IMG/VR virus record: IMGVR_UViG_3300033072_000717
Strand: one strand, 5' to 3'
Source: an uncultured virus (IMG/VR IMGVR_UViG_3300033072_000717)
Lineage: Duplodnaviria > Heunggongvirae > Uroviricota > Caudoviricetes
Length of the DNA stretch: 64,000 nt
Below the pieces are notes generated by a model that was not told the origin of the DNA, did not search any database, and was given only the letters and a program-made list of their open reading frames with translations. Shown piece by piece: positions 35,777 through 44,995 of the stretch; the first letter of the stretch is position 1; the number at the start of each line of letters is the position of its first letter. The position numbers and the translations under genes are program-made.

Positions 35777-36783
35777 TGCCCGCGCTTCCTGTCATCACCG
35801 CTGTCGGCGGCCTCGCCCTCCAAGCCAAGGGCCAATCCGATGCCCGCAAGGCAGCCAATCAGGCGCTCTCCCAGCCGGCGCCGACTGTGGACATCAATGC
35901 CCTCGACCGGCAGGCCCGCGAGTTCGCGCTCAGGAACGCCGCCGAGGGGGCTGCCCTTGAGCGCCAGTATAACCCCGGTGCCGCCGAGCTTCGGGCCGGT
36001 GGGCTGTCCGCCCTGCTGGACTCCCTGAATCCAGATGCCCGGCAGGAGGAGATTGTGGCCCGGATCATGAGTCAGGCCGGCGACCCGCTCACTGCCTACA
36101 CCTTTGACTCGCCGCTCACCCGCGAGGCCATTGAGGCGGCGCGGGCCGACCTCGCGCTGGGCGGCGCGATTCCCCTGGATGTCCAGCAGCAGGTTGCCCG
36201 CCGCGCCTTTGAACGCTCCGGCTCGGTCTCCGGCGGCCTCGGCCTTGGCCGCGATATCTCAGCCCGGGACCTCGGGCTCACGAGTCTCGACCTGCGCAAC
36301 CAGCGGCTTGCCCGCGCCGCCTCGATTGGCGCCCAAGAGGCCGCGCTTGAGCGCGAGAACGCTGGGATTCGGAGTGCCGCCGAAGCATACGGGCGCGGGA
36401 ACCTGCTTCAGTCTGGCGATTTCCTCACCCGCGTCCTGAGCGGAGACTACGCCAAGGCTCTCGCCGCGGCGCAGCTCGGGCAGAACATCTCAATGCCTGA
36501 AACCGGGCTTGACCCCGGCACCGTGGCGAACATCGCCGTCGGGAACAGCAATGCCCTTGCGCAGAAGCAGCAGCAGGATGCCGCCACCCGTGCGGCGCGA
36601 GCGGCGCAGACCAGCCAGTTCGGGTCGCAACTCATCGGCGCCGGGCTTGGGATGTTTGGCCAGAGCACCGCACCCAAGACCACCTACGGACCCGTGAGCA
36701 CGACCCGGGCCACCGGCGGGAACTACTACCCGAATTGGTTTCAGCCTTCGGCCACGCCGTCCGGCCCCTACCCGATGACCTGA
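35776..36783 (+). CDS. putative internal virion/ejection protein
   Basis: A/G/Q-rich with ARDLGLTSLDL motif. Confidence 0.6.
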   Translation: MPALPVITAVGGLALQAKGQSDARKAANQALSQPAPTVDINALDRQAREFALRNAAEGAALERQYNPGAAELRAGGLSALLDSLNPDARQEEIVARIMSQAGDPLTAYTFDSPLTREAIEAARADLALGGAIPLDVQQQVARRAFERSGSVSGGLGLGRDISARDLGLTSLDLRNQRLARAASIGAQEAALERENAGIRSAAEAYGRGNLLQSGDFLTRVLSGDYAKALAAAQLGQNISMPETGLDPGTVANIAVGNSNALAQKQQQDAATRAARAAQTSQFGSQLIGAGLGMFGQSTAPKTTYGPVSTTRATGGNYYPNWFQPSATPSGPYPMT

Positions 36784-36784
36784 C

Positions 36785-37903
36785 ATGGCATCCCCCATCA
36801 CAACTTCCGGCTTTCGGTCCTCCGTGCTCCCCTCGGTGCAATACGCCGACCCGCGCCTGCTCGCGCCCCGGTATGGCGACATCATCCCGAACATTCAGTC
36901 TGGGGTGGAGGCTGCAAATCGGTTTTACCAGCTGGCGGAGAATGCCTCGATGCGCCCGACGCGCAGGCGCATGGCTGAACTGGCTCTCGGTGAGGCCGAG
37001 GCCGAGGCCCAGCTGGCCCCCGCCATCCGGCGCCGCAAGGCGATTGAGGCCGGGATGCCTGTTACCCGGCAGGTGGGAACCGCGATCGAGGAGGTACCCC
37101 GGGTGCTGGAGCCCCTGATTGACCCGGAAACGGGCGCAGTCGTACTCGACGCCACGGGGCAGCCGATGATGCAGAACACTGCGGGGCAGGGCGATATCAT
37201 GGAGATGGGGGTGTTTGAGGAGATCGACCCCGCGACCGGGGCCGCCTCGACGCGCCGCCGCCCCACTCGGGCGGTGCAGACCTTTGAGGCAGGGGAGCGT
37301 GAACAGTCCTTGGCCGAGGCTCGACTGCGGTCCGGGCAGCGGGAGTTTGAGAGAGATGCACTTATCCGCGCCAAGGCTGCTGCCCTAGATGCCGGAAATA
37401 CCCAGCTTGCCAATGAGTACGAGCGGCAGCTTCAGCGCCTCGCCGCCACGCCAGGCGTGCTGCCAACCGGGACGGTTTACCAGCGGACGATGGAAAAGCA
37501 AGCGGCGGATGCCGGCCTTCCGCTTGAGTTGGCCGCGATTTTGTCGCAAACCCCAGAAGGCGCAGACGCCATGGCCGCGCTCGCTGCAAAGCGGAAGGCC
37601 GATGCCGCCGGAAGGCTGTTCACCACGGGGCTGAACGCCGAGCAGCAGGCCGCCATTGACGCTGCGCGTGCCGGCCGCCAAGCGTCGGCGCCAGCCGCAC
37701 GCGCCTCCACGGGCGCCGTTACCGATGCCGTTGCTGCGGCAGAGGCGGTTTTGGGCGGTGCTGGCGCGCCCCGGAGTGCCGCCCAGCAGGGGACTCCTAT
37801 TTCTTTTGCGACGGAAGCGGAAGTGGAGGCCGCTGCGGCGCGCGGGGAGATTCAGCCAGGAGACAAAATCATTGTCGGCGGCCGTCGGGCAACTTACCAA
37901 TGA
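36785..37903 (+). CDS. putative internal virion/ejection protein
   Basis: A/R-rich helical; C-terminal GEIQPGDKIIVGGR motif. Confidence 0.55.
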   Translation: MASPITTSGFRSSVLPSVQYADPRLLAPRYGDIIPNIQSGVEAANRFYQLAENASMRPTRRRMAELALGEAEAEAQLAPAIRRRKAIEAGMPVTRQVGTAIEEVPRVLEPLIDPETGAVVLDATGQPMMQNTAGQGDIMEMGVFEEIDPATGAASTRRRPTRAVQTFEAGEREQSLAEARLRSGQREFERDALIRAKAAALDAGNTQLANEYERQLQRLAATPGVLPTGTVYQRTMEKQAADAGLPLELAAILSQTPEGADAMAALAAKRKADAAGRLFTTGLNAEQQAAIDAARAGRQASAPAARASTGAVTDAVAAAEAVLGGAGAPRSAAQQGTPISFATEAEVEAAAARGEIQPGDKIIVGGRRATYQ

Positions 37904-37906
37904 ACC

Positions 37907-40900
37907 ATGCCGATTGTTTACGACAATTCTCCGAGGGGTCGGGTTGTTTACGACGAACCTGACCCATATGACGAGGTGGTCGCCCGCGCTCAATCCGAGG
38001 AGCGCCTGCGCGGGATGACCCCGGAGCAGGTGATTCGCGAGGTCACCCCCGAAGTTCTGCCCCCTGAGCCCGAGACCGAGGCACCGATCTTCGTCCCCGG
38101 CGTTGGCTGGGTGAGCGCCAAGCCGTCCACGGTGACTGCACTTGCGCCGCTTGCATCCCGCGTGGCTCCCCCGCTTGCCGCCGGGCTGGCGCTCACGGGC
38201 GTTGGCGTTCCAGCCGCCATGGCTGTCATGGGCGGTGCCACTCTGGCGGGCGAACTCGGGGCGCAGGCGCTTGAAAAAGAGCTTGGTGTCCGCGAGTCCT
38301 TCTCCCCGACTGAGGCCGGCGCGGCTGGAATCGTCGGCTCAATCCCCGGGCTTACGCAACTGCGCGCCATTCGACCGGCCATGCAGGCGTCGAGAACACT
38401 GAGGGCTGCCGTGCCGCTCGCGGAGGGTGCCGGCTACGGAGCCCTTTACCCCACGGTGGAGGCCGGGCTGCGCGGGGAGCTTCCCGAGGGGGAGGCCGTG
38501 CGGGAAACGGCTCGCTTTGGCACGATGTTCGGCGTGCCGTTCGCGGTTGCCGGTGCCCTGACAGGTGGGCGCGTTCGGGCACCCGGCGCCGGTCGCTCGC
38601 TGGAGCCGCTGCCAGCAGGATTTGAAGGGGTTCCGCTGCCGGAATTGCCGGTGCTTCCCCCGAATCCCGAGGCCGCACTCGCCCGGCAGGGTGGACTGGC
38701 CCGTCAAATCCAACTTGAGGACGCCCTGCGTGCGCAACCGCCGAGATCGGCCGAGGAATCGGCCGCCGTGTTCAGCCAGTTCCCGGAGGCTTCTGATGTG
38801 GCTCCGGCTGAACTGGCGGCCATGGCCTCGGCTGCCCGTCAGGCTGAAGCGGAGCGCATTGGCCGAGCCATGATGGAGGTCGGTGGAAGCCAGCCGGGGC
38901 TGGGGAGTGTGGTTGGTGAGCCGCTGCCTTTTGTTCCTCCCCTCTCCCCGGTGGAGCAGCGCATGATCAACCAGCAAGGCCGCGTCAGCACGTCCGCCCT
39001 CGCCCCTGCCGGTGGTGCCGCAGTCGGCGCGGCTGGTGGCTACATGGCAGGCGACACGCCGGAGGAGAAGGCGGCGCTCTCGCTCGCGGGGGCTGCGGCT
39101 GGCGCCACGGGCGGTGCCGCCCTGAACAAGCTGCCAAAGTCCACGCGCACCTTGGTTGAGCCGCAAGTCAAGCCGCCGTCCATCGCGAACGCCGCGACCG
39201 AGATTGCCACCCAGACCAAGGGGAGCCCCGGGGCGCTTCAGGCGCGGCTGAATGAGATGACCGCAGTTCCCGCGCCGCCTCCAGCCCAAGCCGCCACCCC
39301 AGCCGCAATCGCCGCCCTCGACGCTGCGGGCTTCCGCGCATGGGCTCAGGCGCAGCCGGAGGGGCTTACGGGGACGGCGCTTGAGCATGGGCGCGCAGCC
39401 GCTCAGGACGCGAAGATGCTGGCCGAGCTGAAGGCGGGCAAGGAAGCGGTGGATGCCGAGGTCCGTGCGGCCATGGAGGCGTACAAGACACTGCCCCAAG
39501 AGGCAAAGATGGGAGCGCTGAATGAGATGACCTCGCTCACGTCGAAGGCCCAGTATTTCAACGAGGCGCTGGCCGAGGCCGGGCAGGCTGCGCCAAGCGG
39601 AGGCGAGATCACGCTCTACCACGGCGGCCCGAAACTTGAAGGGGATATTCGCGACCCAGCATTTCTGACGACGGACCGAGGAGGTGCCGAGTGGTTTGCT
39701 GGCGAGCGAGGGCGGGGAACAGGCGAAGTTGCCCAATTTTCCGCCACGCTCAAGAACCCCCTGGATATTGATGGACCCGATGGGATTGAAACCCTTATCA
39801 GGATAGCCAAGGAATCTGGTGCTGATGTTCAAATCACCGGGAAGATCGGCGTCCCCGGCTGGGATTTTTATTCTCCAGATATTGCCAAGCACAGTCCTTA
39901 CGATGGAGGTCAGGTGGTTGATCTGGTTTACATACCATCTGTCAGGAAAGCGCTCCGGGAGGCTGGGTATGACTCCATAAAACTTGATGACCAGCTTGAA
40001 CGCGGAACCATCCCGACCTATGTTGTGTTGGACAGGAGCTTGCTCAAGAAATCACAACCCCCATCCCCCGATGCCATTCCAATCCAAGAGCCAGATGCGG
40101 GCGTGCCACGCCCAGAAGCGCCGCAACCCGAGATCGACATGGGACTGCAAAGAGTGGGCGAGGGAGACGCCCAGCCCGGCCCGGCTGCCGGAGACCGCGC
40201 ACGGGAAACGCCGAGCGAAGGGCCGGTAGCCCGTACCGAAGTAGAGCAGATTATTGCCGACGCCCCCGGGTCAACGCCGCCAATGGGGAGGCCGGCTGAA
40301 GTGACCCGTCAGGCCGCGAGGATGCGGAGCACGAGGGGCGCAGCGCTCATCCCCGGAACCCCGCAGACCGAAACCCCGGCGTTTAAGCGGTGGTTTGGCG
40401 AGTCAAAGGTGGTGGACGCGAAGGGGAAGCCGCTGGTGGTTTACAAGGCGATGTATCCGTATGACTGGCGAGGCGCAGGCCTAGAGGAAATAACATCCAT
40501 TAACAGGCCATCAGAGTTCCCGGCATTCAACAAAGGGGAGAAAGGCGTGAAGGTTGCCGGATTTTTCGGAGATATTCCGACTGCAAATCGTTTTGCTGAA
40601 TCTGCGGGTAGCGGTCAGGCGATTTATCCAACCTATCTGTCTCTCAAAAAACCATTCGTCATAGAGGCTGGCGGAAGATTTGCTGGAGATGTCCAATTCG
40701 GGGAGAGCGGAAAGGTGTTTCGGGATGCTATACGTTCCGGGAAATATGATGGAGTTATTATCAGAAACACCAAAGACGAAGGCACGATTTACGTGGCCCT
40801 TGACCCCACCCAAATCAAATCCGCCACCGGCAATCGTGGCACCTTCGACCCCTCAAATCCTGACATCCGGGGCGCAGTCTCCCCCCGTGTCCTGACCTCT

Positions 40901-43846
40901 GCCGGTGGCTCAACCATCGGTGCCGGCGCCGGATACTTCCGCACGCAGCAAGGGCCGGATGAGACTGACGAGGAGTTTCAGGCCAGACGCCTGCGCAACA
41001 CGCTTCTCGGCGCTGGTGCCGGCGCGGCAATCGGCTTCGGGACTGGGACCTTGGCCCAAGGGGCCAAGCGGCGCATGGCCATGGAGGAGGCGGCCAAGGC
41101 CGCCGAGGAGGCTGCGGCCAAGGCCCGGAAAACCGCTGCCGGCGATGGCCCGGCGGTCCCGCTGCCGCCGGTCGGGCGCGGGCAGGAAGTCCGCGAGACC
41201 GCCAAGAAGGTCATCGAGAACAAGGGCTACACCCAGCGCGTCCGCGAGACCCTGGCGAACGACCCCGATATCATCTACGACGTTTTCTCCCGCAACGAAG
41301 TCCGCGACCAGATGGTCTCCGCCAGTTGGCAGGAGCTTGAATCGCTGGGCCGCTCAAACGACAAGCGCGTCCGGGCCGGGGCTCTGGCTGAAATGGCCAA
41401 CAGGCTTTCAGTGACCCCGGGCAAGGAGGGCGAAGCCGCCGCGCTCATCAGCGAGCTTTCGCAGATGTTCACGGAGCCCGCGCAGTTGATCGGCATGGGC
41501 TCCCTCATCCGCACGCCGGAGATTTATGTGAAGGCTACGGAGGCGCAGCTTGCCAAGGTCAATCGGAAGCTCCCCGAAGCCGAGGCCAAGAAACTGCGTG
41601 ACCTCGCCGCGGACAAGATTCGAGCCGAGCGCGACCTTGAGGCCCAGAATAAACTTACCGAGCAGGAGTTCAGCCCGGAGAATGTCAAAAAGAAGGAGCA
41701 GGCCGAGGCACGCTTTGGCACCAGTAGCAAGGCTGTGGCGGATTACATCTCGGACATAGTTCCGGATGACTGGTCCGACATCATGAGCAAAATACTTCAG
41801 GGGAATCTCCTGACGCCGCTCTCTCTGGCGAGAAACGTGTTCGGCAACACCGCGTTCCAGCCCATCCGGAAAGGTGCCTACTCCATCGCGACGGCCCTGG
41901 ACGCCGTTTACTCGGCCCTTTCCGGGAGGCCGCGCGTGCTGGCTCAAAGCAACCCGTTGCCGGGGATTCGCGAGACAGCCGCTTGGGCAGACGGAACAGC
42001 CTTGGCCGCGAAGGAACTCCTCACCGGCCCATCAGCTGACTCCTATGCCAAGGCTGAAGTCCAGCGCGGGTTCCGCCCGATGCGGGCGCTTGTGCAGGCG
42101 TGGACCGGGGAGGGCCTGCCGGTTCGCGAAAGTGGTGTCGTCGCCATAAACGACCGCCTGAAGAAAGTCGTGGAAGGAACGCTTGGAATACCGGCTGAGG
42201 TTATGTTTCGGGCGCTCAACTTGGGCGACAAGGGCGTGCGCGAGGCGGAGGCGATTCGCCTGTTGCTTGAGGAGGCCCGGCTTCGCAACCTGAAAGGGGC
42301 CGAACTGGAGAAGTTCATCATGTTCCCAGACAAGGCGACCACCCAGCGCCTGATGACCGAAGGGCGCGAGGCGACGTTTACCCAGGAGAACCAAGGGGCG
42401 AAGATCATCCGCAACACGCTCGACAATCTTGCGAGTTTCCTCCCGGAAGACATGGCGAACAACGCATTCATTCGCGGTGCCTTGAAGGTGGTCGCCAGAA
42501 CCCAAGTCCCGTTCGTCCAGTTCCCGCTCAACTATCTCACGACTGCCCTGAACTTCGCCGCCCCGGAACTGGCGATGTTCCGCGCATGGAACAATGCCGC
42601 GCAAGGCAAGCGCCGCGAGGCCATGGTTGCGATGGGGCAGGCGGCCATGGGCGGAATGATGTATTCCGCCGCCGCGTGGCTGTGGGACAAGGGTATTATT
42701 TCCGAGCCTGTGGCCAAGGATGCCCGCGGTCGCTCCATCCAGTTCGACCAAATGGGTCCTCAGCGCATCAACATCAGCGCGCTTCAGCGCGCTGCTGCCG
42801 GCGAGGACACCGCGTGGCGCAGCGGAGACGAGACGCGGGACTGGGGCTCCCTCGGCATCCCGGCCTTCGTGTTCCACACGTTTACCCAGAATGCGGCCAA
42901 GCTCCAGAAGGAGGCCGCTAGAACGGGTGAGCCTGTGAAGCCGAACGATCTCACTGACACCCTGATGACGTTCCCCTATCTGGCCGAGCACGCCTTCGAC
43001 CAGTCGTTCCTCGCCGGCACGTCTGCATTCCTTGATGCGGTCAAGGACTGGGACCGATTCGGCGAGGCGTGGCTTCAGAATACTTTCCGTTCTGTCACCT
43101 CCATCCCACTGCCCAACACCATCGAGTCCATGAACCGGACTCAGTTCAAGTATATCCCGGAGATGAAGGGCAAGACCCCGCTGGAAACGGCTGAGAACAT
43201 CCTGCGCTACAAGTCCATGACGCTCGATCCGGGTGCGCCAACCACCGTTTACAAGCGCGATCTGTGGGGGCAGAAGATTCCGACCACGCCAGAGGGGGCC
43301 AACCCCTACGCCTACCACCTGTTCGATCCCACGCGCAAGGCGGCGAAGACGATGGACGCGACCGACGAAAAACTTTACCGCCTGTTCGACAGCACGGATT
43401 CGCCTGACATCTACCCGTCCATCCCGGCCAAGAGCATCACGTTCCAAGGCACCAGGAAGGAACTGCCAGCGAAGGACTATGAGGCGCTGCAAGTGCTCTC
43501 CGGTGCCTACGCCAAGCGGGCTGCCGACGCCGTGGTCAACCTCCCGGCCTTCAACCGGCCAGACGTTCCTGACGAACTCAAGATTCAGGCCCTTGATGCC
43601 GCCTACCGTGAGGCGTCGAGCGCCGCCACGCAGCAATTCCTCCGGCTGCCCGGGGTCATGGAGCGCATCTTCCCGGAGATGGCGGGCGGCAAGCCGACCG
43701 AGGAAACGCCCAAGACCATCTCTCGGTCCCCGGAGGCGAGGATGCGCTACCGCATGGGCGCGGAAGCGCCCGTGGACGCACCACCGCTGCCGGCACGCGC
43801 AGGCCCACGACAGGAGGAGCCGGTGCTGTTCATGCCCCCTCGCTAG
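37907..43846 (+). CDS. large internal virion (polyvalent) protein with ADP-ribosyltransferase-like inserts
   Basis: 1979 aa; ITLYHGG..FLTT..LKNPLD..AGYDSI and TPAFKRWFGESKVVDAKGKPLVVY..YDGVII..PTQIKSATGNRGTFDPSNPDIR. Confidence 0.75.
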   Translation: MPIVYDNSPRGRVVYDEPDPYDEVVARAQSEERLRGMTPEQVIREVTPEVLPPEPETEAPIFVPGVGWVSAKPSTVTALAPLASRVAPPLAAGLALTGVGVPAAMAVMGGATLAGELGAQALEKELGVRESFSPTEAGAAGIVGSIPGLTQLRAIRPAMQASRTLRAAVPLAEGAGYGALYPTVEAGLRGELPEGEAVRETARFGTMFGVPFAVAGALTGGRVRAPGAGRSLEPLPAGFEGVPLPELPVLPPNPEAALARQGGLARQIQLEDALRAQPPRSAEESAAVFSQFPEASDVAPAELAAMASAARQAEAERIGRAMMEVGGSQPGLGSVVGEPLPFVPPLSPVEQRMINQQGRVSTSALAPAGGAAVGAAGGYMAGDTPEEKAALSLAGAAAGATGGAALNKLPKSTRTLVEPQVKPPSIANAATEIATQTKGSPGALQARLNEMTAVPAPPPAQAATPAAIAALDAAGFRAWAQAQPEGLTGTALEHGRAAAQDAKMLAELKAGKEAVDAEVRAAMEAYKTLPQEAKMGALNEMTSLTSKAQYFNEALAEAGQAAPSGGEITLYHGGPKLEGDIRDPAFLTTDRGGAEWFAGERGRGTGEVAQFSATLKNPLDIDGPDGIETLIRIAKESGADVQITGKIGVPGWDFYSPDIAKHSPYDGGQVVDLVYIPSVRKALREAGYDSIKLDDQLERGTIPTYVVLDRSLLKKSQPPSPDAIPIQEPDAGVPRPEAPQPEIDMGLQRVGEGDAQPGPAAGDRARETPSEGPVARTEVEQIIADAPGSTPPMGRPAEVTRQAARMRSTRGAALIPGTPQTETPAFKRWFGESKVVDAKGKPLVVYKAMYPYDWRGAGLEEITSINRPSEFPAFNKGEKGVKVAGFFGDIPTANRFAESAGSGQAIYPTYLSLKKPFVIEAGGRFAGDVQFGESGKVFRDAIRSGKYDGVIIRNTKDEGTIYVALDPTQIKSATGNRGTFDPSNPDIRGAVSPRVLTSAGGSTIGAGAGYFRTQQGPDETDEEFQARRLRNTLLGAGAGAAIGFGTGTLAQGAKRRMAMEEAAKAAEEAAAKARKTAAGDGPAVPLPPVGRGQEVRETAKKVIENKGYTQRVRETLANDPDIIYDVFSRNEVRDQMVSASWQELESLGRSNDKRVRAGALAEMANRLSVTPGKEGEAAALISELSQMFTEPAQLIGMGSLIRTPEIYVKATEAQLAKVNRKLPEAEAKKLRDLAADKIRAERDLEAQNKLTEQEFSPENVKKKEQAEARFGTSSKAVADYISDIVPDDWSDIMSKILQGNLLTPLSLARNVFGNTAFQPIRKGAYSIATALDAVYSALSGRPRVLAQSNPLPGIRETAAWADGTALAAKELLTGPSADSYAKAEVQRGFRPMRALVQAWTGEGLPVRESGVVAINDRLKKVVEGTLGIPAEVMFRALNLGDKGVREAEAIRLLLEEARLRNLKGAELEKFIMFPDKATTQRLMTEGREATFTQENQGAKIIRNTLDNLASFLPEDMANNAFIRGALKVVARTQVPFVQFPLNYLTTALNFAAPELAMFRAWNNAAQGKRREAMVAMGQAAMGGMMYSAAAWLWDKGIISEPVAKDARGRSIQFDQMGPQRINISALQRAAAGEDTAWRSGDETRDWGSLGIPAFVFHTFTQNAAKLQKEAARTGEPVKPNDLTDTLMTFPYLAEHAFDQSFLAGTSAFLDAVKDWDRFGEAWLQNTFRSVTSIPLPNTIESMNRTQFKYIPEMKGKTPLETAENILRYKSMTLDPGAPTTVYKRDLWGQKIPTTPEGANPYAYHLFDPTRKAAKTMDATDEKLYRLFDSTDSPDIYPSIPAKSITFQGTRKELPAKDYEALQVLSGAYAKRAADAVVNLPAFNRPDVPDELKIQALDAAYREASSAATQQFLRLPGVMERIFPEMAGGKPTEETPKTISRSPEARMRYRMGAEAPVDAPPLPARAGPRQEEPVLFMPPR

Positions 43847-43896
43847 CTGCAATCAAAGCTCTTGAAAGCCGTGGCCAGCAGGGCATTCTGAAGGCG

Positions 43897-44136
43897 ATGG
43901 CAAGGAAGAAACCAACGAATAAGACCGATTTCATGCGCTGGCTCAACGAGCACGGGCACGAGGAGTTGCTTCCAGCGCATTTCCCGGACAGGCACAGGGT
44001 CGCGAACAAGCTCAACGCCTACCACGAGAGCCGCCACTACAAGGACTGCTTCGGCCTGTGGCTGCGGAAGAACAGCGCAACCATGTTCGCATCCCTTTAT
44101 TCACGGTTCTGGCTCAAATCCCCAGAGCTTCACTAA
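43897..44136 (+). CDS. hypothetical protein
   Basis: ORF in the gap after the large virion gene. Confidence 0.5.
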   Translation: MARKKPTNKTDFMRWLNEHGHEELLPAHFPDRHRVANKLNAYHESRHYKDCFGLWLRKNSATMFASLYSRFWLKSPELH

Positions 44137-44148
44137 AACAGGACTACC

Positions 44149-44493
44149 ATGGACAACAACAAGATCATCGGCGGAAACAGCAAGCACATCATCAAGCCCA
44201 TCCAGCAGCTCTACCGCGAGGCCGAGATGAAGATCGGCGAACTGGAGCGGGAGTCCGCGTGGCTGAAGAATCGGCTGGCCTACCTGCTGGTCGCGGTCAA
44301 CGCCCTCGGGCGCAACTCGGGCCTGAGCCCGGAGGAAGCCAAGAAAGTCGTGGACAACTTCATCGCCGAGCAGGAGGTGGAACTCCAGAAGCAGGTGGAC
44401 GTGGCCAAGGAGAAGTTCAAGCAGGACCTGGCCAACGGCGTGATGCCCGAGTTCAAGGTGGTCGAGAACCCCGACAAGACCGAGCGTGGATGA
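44149..44493 (+). CDS. hypothetical coiled-coil protein
   Basis: Strong codon bias. Confidence 0.6.
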   Translation: MDNNKIIGGNSKHIIKPIQQLYREAEMKIGELERESAWLKNRLAYLLVAVNALGRNSGLSPEEAKKVVDNFIAEQEVELQKQVDVAKEKFKQDLANGVMPEFKVVENPDKTERG

Positions 44494-44995
44494 TTTCCAT
44501 CCAGAATCAGGCAGTCGGGAGATAGCCCCCGCCGTCCCCTCAAAGACGGTTGACGAGCTGGCCCCGTCAGTCCTCGTCGTAGGCCCGGACAAGGAGAAGT
44601 TCCTCGTCCCGGCTTCGGCACAGGCCAACCGGGCGATGGTCCAGATGACCGTCTCCCGGGTGCGCTCGCTCCTTGACAAGACCATCAGGGCCTTGGAGCA
44701 ATCGGATGGCCCGGTGGACGCGCTCACGCTGTCCCGAATCGCCGCCGCCGTGGCCACGGTGAACGAGCAGTCGCTCATCGCGTTCGAGGGCAGACGGCAG
44801 CTCAACCCGAAGCAGCAGTCGGACTTTGAGCGGCTGGCGACCGGGCTGGTTCGCGCCGCCGCCGAGGGGGCAGGGCGCGCTGCCATCGGGGGCGAGAAGA
44901 AGTTCGAGGAGCGGCTGGCCAAACTGCGCTCGGTCGGCTCATCCAGCACGGTCAAGAAGAAGACGGTGGATGCCGAGGTGGTGGACGAGGAGTAA
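44486..44995 (+). CDS. putative terminase small subunit
   Basis: Helical protein directly upstream of terL, ending VDAEVVDEE; position only. Confidence 0.4.
   Translation: MDDFHPESGSREIAPAVPSKTVDELAPSVLVVGPDKEKFLVPASAQANRAMVQMTVSRVRSLLDKTIRALEQSDGPVDALTLSRIAAAVATVNEQSLIAFEGRRQLNPKQQSDFERLATGLVRAAAEGAGRAAIGGEKKFEERLAKLRSVGSSSTVKKKTVDAEVVDEE

Noticed and set aside
38339..43852. Long minus-strand ORFs (517 aa, 606 aa) and similar antisense ORFs opposite the capsid, tail and terL genes
   Set aside because: Shadow ORFs caused by high GC3 codon bias; no recognisable motifs.
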